A stretch of DNA of 63,103 nucleotides, the filler included, from Actinomycetota bacterium (GTDB lineage: Bacteria > Actinomycetota > Actinomycetes > JAKEEW01), in assembly GCA_046725875.1 (NCBI GenBank). It is 4 parts of 4 records of this genome, joined end to end, with 100 filler letters (N's around TTAATTAATTAA, not from the genome) between each part and the next. Parts side by side here need not be neighbours in the genome. Positions count along the whole stretch, not along the records: positions 54,827 to 63,103 come from JBKOZJ010000167.1; 3 more parts are not named here. One strand, written 5' to 3'. The notes beneath the pieces are model-generated. The model did not search any database and was not told where the DNA came from. It worked only from the letters and a program-made list of their open reading frames with translations. Below are positions 60,643 through 63,103 of this stretch, piece after piece. Made by a program: the position numbers and the translations under genes. Each line of letters starts with the position of its first letter. The stretch's first letter is position 1.

Positions 60643-61611
60643 ATGGGTGTCGACGATACGGTCAAGTCGGTCGGCGAATTCGGCCTCATAGAGCTAGTCA
60701 GCGGCCGGCTGCCGCAAGGCCCGGACGTTATCGTCGGGCCGGGTGATGACGCGGCCGTGCTGCGTGCGCCGGACGGGCAGATCGCGGCGACGACCGACCT
60801 CCTGGTGGAGGGGCGACACTTCCGTCGGGAGTGGTCCACGGCGTACGAGGTGGGGCGCAAGGCAGCAGCACAGAGCCTTGCCGACGTGGTCGCCATGGGT
60901 GCTCGGCCCACCGCCGTCCTGGTCGCGCTCGCGATGCCCGCTGATCTGCCGGTGGCCTGGCCGCTCCAGCTCGCTGACGGCTTGCGGGATGAGTGTCTAC
61001 GGGGCGGCGCGTCCGTGGCCGGTGGTGACGTCGTACGAGACGACCGGATCGCGGTCGCGGTAACCGCGATCGGCGACCTCGCGGGGCGACGACCGGTGCT
61101 GCGCTCTGGTGCCAAGCCGGAGGATGTTGTCGCTATCGCCGGCTCACTTGGCCGGTCGGCAGCGGGGCAGGCGTTGCTCGAGCGTGCGGACGTTTCGCTG
61201 ACCGCCGCGCTCGCAGCGCTGACCGCCGCTCATCGCGCACCACACCCGCCCTACGACCTCGCCCTGAAGGCAGCCGCGGCGGGCGCCCATGCACTGATAG
61301 ACGTCAGCGACGGGCTGGTGCAGGATCTCGGTCATGTTGCCGCGGCCTCCGGCGTACTGATCGAGCTCGACCGGGCGGCCCTGGCGCCCCAGGTTGCTGA
61401 GCTGGCGGAGGCGGCGTCGGTGGCTAACGCCGATCCCGAGCGGTGGGTCTTGACCGGGGGAGAGGATCACGCCTTCGCCGCCTGCTTCCCCGGCCCGGTA
61501 ATGCCCGACGGTTGGCGGGCGGTCGGCCAGATCCGCCGTGGCGCCGGCGTCACACTAAACGGCCACGACACGGGCGAGCTGGGAGGCTACGACCACTTCC
61601 GTAATCTGTGA
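60643..61611 (+). CDS. thiL: Thiamine-monophosphate kinase
   Basis: GEFGLI, GPGDDAA, D.LVEG.HF, GGD, DVSDGL, GGEDH, GYDHF. Confidence 0.96.
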   Translation: MGVDDTVKSVGEFGLIELVSGRLPQGPDVIVGPGDDAAVLRAPDGQIAATTDLLVEGRHFRREWSTAYEVGRKAAAQSLADVVAMGARPTAVLVALAMPADLPVAWPLQLADGLRDECLRGGASVAGGDVVRDDRIAVAVTAIGDLAGRRPVLRSGAKPEDVVAIAGSLGRSAAGQALLERADVSLTAALAALTAAHRAPHPPYDLALKAAAAGAHALIDVSDGLVQDLGHVAAASGVLIELDRAALAPQVAELAEAASVANADPERWVLTGGEDHAFAACFPGPVMPDGWRAVGQIRRGAGVTLNGHDTGELGGYDHFRNL

Positions 61612-61614
61612 CTT

Positions 61615-62403
61615 GTGACCCCACCGCGTGTACTCACGATCGCAGGTTCCGACTCCAGTGGCGGCGCCGGCATCCAGGCGGACTTGAAGACCATGCTCGC
61701 GTTCGGCGTGCATGGAATGAGCGTCATTACCGCTGTCACCGCACAGAACTCAGTTGGGGTCCAGGGTTACTGGGAACTCGCTCCCGAGGTCGTGGGCGCG
61801 CAGTTTGCGAGCGTCGTCGGCGACATCGGGGTCCAGGCGGTCAAAACCGGGATGATCGCTTCGGTGCGCCTCGCGGAGCTGGTCGCCGAGCTCCTCACCG
61901 ATATGGATGTCCCCGTGGTCGTTGATCCGGTATGCGCTTCCAAGCACGGTGACCCGCTGCTGAGTCACGACACTGTCGCCACCATCCGAAAGCGGTTGCT
62001 CCCCTGCGCCACGGTCGTGACTCCGAACATCTACGAGACCGCGTTGCTGACCGGCGTGAAGGTCAAATCCGAGGCCGACCTGCGCGGGGCCGCCGAGGCG
62101 CTGCTCGGGTTCGGGCCGCGATGGGTGCTCGTCAAGGGCGGCCACCTGGAAGGTCCGGCGACCGACTTGCTGTACGACGGTTCCCAGGAGATCCGGTTCA
62201 GCGCGCCGCGCCTGGACAACCGGCACACGCACGGCACTGGATGCACCCTCGCCAGCGCGACCGCGTCACGTTTGGCGTTGGGTGACGACGTGCCGGGTGC
62301 GGTTGGCGCCGCCAAGGACTATGTCACCGGTGCGATAAAGGCCGGCTTCCCGCTCGGCGACGGCATCGGCCCAGTCGACCACGGGTGGGAGTGGAAGGCT
62401 TAG
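61615..62403 (+). CDS. thiD: Hydroxymethylpyrimidine/phosphomethylpyrimidine kinase
   Basis: [35 protein letters not shown]. Confidence 0.96.
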   Translation: MTPPRVLTIAGSDSSGGAGIQADLKTMLAFGVHGMSVITAVTAQNSVGVQGYWELAPEVVGAQFASVVGDIGVQAVKTGMIASVRLAELVAELLTDMDVPVVVDPVCASKHGDPLLSHDTVATIRKRLLPCATVVTPNIYETALLTGVKVKSEADLRGAAEALLGFGPRWVLVKGGHLEGPATDLLYDGSQEIRFSAPRLDNRHTHGTGCTLASATASRLALGDDVPGAVGAAKDYVTGAIKAGFPLGDGIGPVDHGWEWKA

Positions 62404-62585
62404 CGGGCGACCTTTCCGGCCTTCAGGCAGGAGGCGCAGACGTTGAGCCGCTTCGGGGTTCCGCCGACCATGGTCCGGACCGTCTGGATGTTGGGATTCC
62501 AACGGCGCCGGGTGCGTCGGTGCGAGTGCGAGATGCGGTTGCCGAAGCCCGGCCTCTTGCCGCAGACGTCGCAGGTGGCAGCCAC
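62400..62585 (-). CDS. rpmB: 50S ribosomal protein L28 (Zn-binding C+ form)
   Basis: CDVCGK.PGFGN..SHSH..T.RRW.PNIQ...VCASCLKAG. Confidence 0.96.
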   Translation of the reverse strand: MAATCDVCGKRPGFGNRISHSHRRTRRRWNPNIQTVRTMVGGTPKRLNVCASCLKAGKVAR

Positions 62586-62911
62586 GGGAGACACTCCAAG
62601 CGGAAATCAGGATCACATGCCGAACGGGCCCGGCACGCCGGACGACTGCTAGAGATTAGCCGACGATCAAGGTTAGCCGCCAATCCGACACCGGCAGGCA
62701 CTCGAGGGACCGGCAGGCAGGAATGATCGACTGTTGTGCGTCCAGGTGCGTCAAGCCCAGCGCGACCGCACTTGATCCACTCGATGGCGGCGAGGAGGGC
62801 ACGGGCAATGGCGATCGCAGGTTGAGGAATTGCGTCGTGTGCCGGCGCTAGCCTCGCATTGATCGGGCCAGCGCTTGGCTGGCGGCAGAGTTCGAGGTCG
62901 AGGAGGCGCGG

Positions 62912-63103
62912 ATGCCGGAGATCCTCGACGCTGCCGCGATCCGCCGGTGGAGCGAAGCCGCTCTGGAGGGGCTCGCGCAAGCCAGGATAGAGATCGACGA
63001 CATCAACGTTTATCCGGTGCCGGATGGAGACACCGGCACCAACCTCTTCCTGACCATGGAGGCGGCCGCCGCGGCCGTGCGCGAGGTCGCCGGCGAGGAT
63101 TTC
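62912..63103 (+). CDS. DAK2 domain (fatty-acid kinase A-like) protein, truncated by window edge
   Basis: Not in the ORF track. MPEILDAAAIRRW...EIDDINVYPVPDGDTGTNL; GAGGAGG RBS. Confidence 0.92.
   Translation, partial: MPEILDAAAIRRWSEAALEGLAQARIEIDDINVYPVPDGDTGTNLFLTMEAAAAAVREVAGEDF

Overview
High-GC actinobacterial DNA with Streptomyces-like gene order (rplM-rpsI-glmM-coaA-glmS-acpS-nnr-alr-tsaE/B-rimI-tsaD-groES-groEL1-bldM-sigD; hup-cofC-gpsA-ddl-thiL-thiD-rpmB-DAK2). It is four contigs joined by artificial 100-nt linkers (N44-TTAATTAATTAA-N44 at 18948-19047, 47786-47885, 54727-54826), so adjacency across linkers is unproven. Contig 1 (1-18947) is accessory stress/redox DNA: DoxX, DUF1059, vWA solute-binding protein, DUF5709, GH3, sulfide:quinone oxidoreductase, formamidase, M28 and S9 peptidases, a frameshifted AadA/DUF4111-like nucleotidyltransferase, a Cys-rich metallothionein-like protein, hemerythrin, cupin, SHOCT, an F420 DDN, ArsR-SRPBCC and VOC. 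The most unusual items are: (1) a full MFS transporter fused in frame to the C-terminal half (sigma-4) of an ECF sigma factor and coupled to a soluble zf-HC2 anti-sigma gene; (2) three pairs of DosR/OsdR-like boxes with 21-22 bp spacing upstream of doxX, sqr and the SHOCT gene; (3) a nucleotidyltransferase gene bracketed by 26-bp imperfect direct repeats inside an SDR gene remnant; (4) a dispersed palindromic repeat family and other long intergenic palindromes; (5) a BldM orthologue lacking its acidic pocket, next to a SigD/ShbA-type sigma with an insertion in region 2. No rRNA, tRNA, CRISPR array, transposase or integrase was found. All product calls come from motif recognition and synteny, not database searches.
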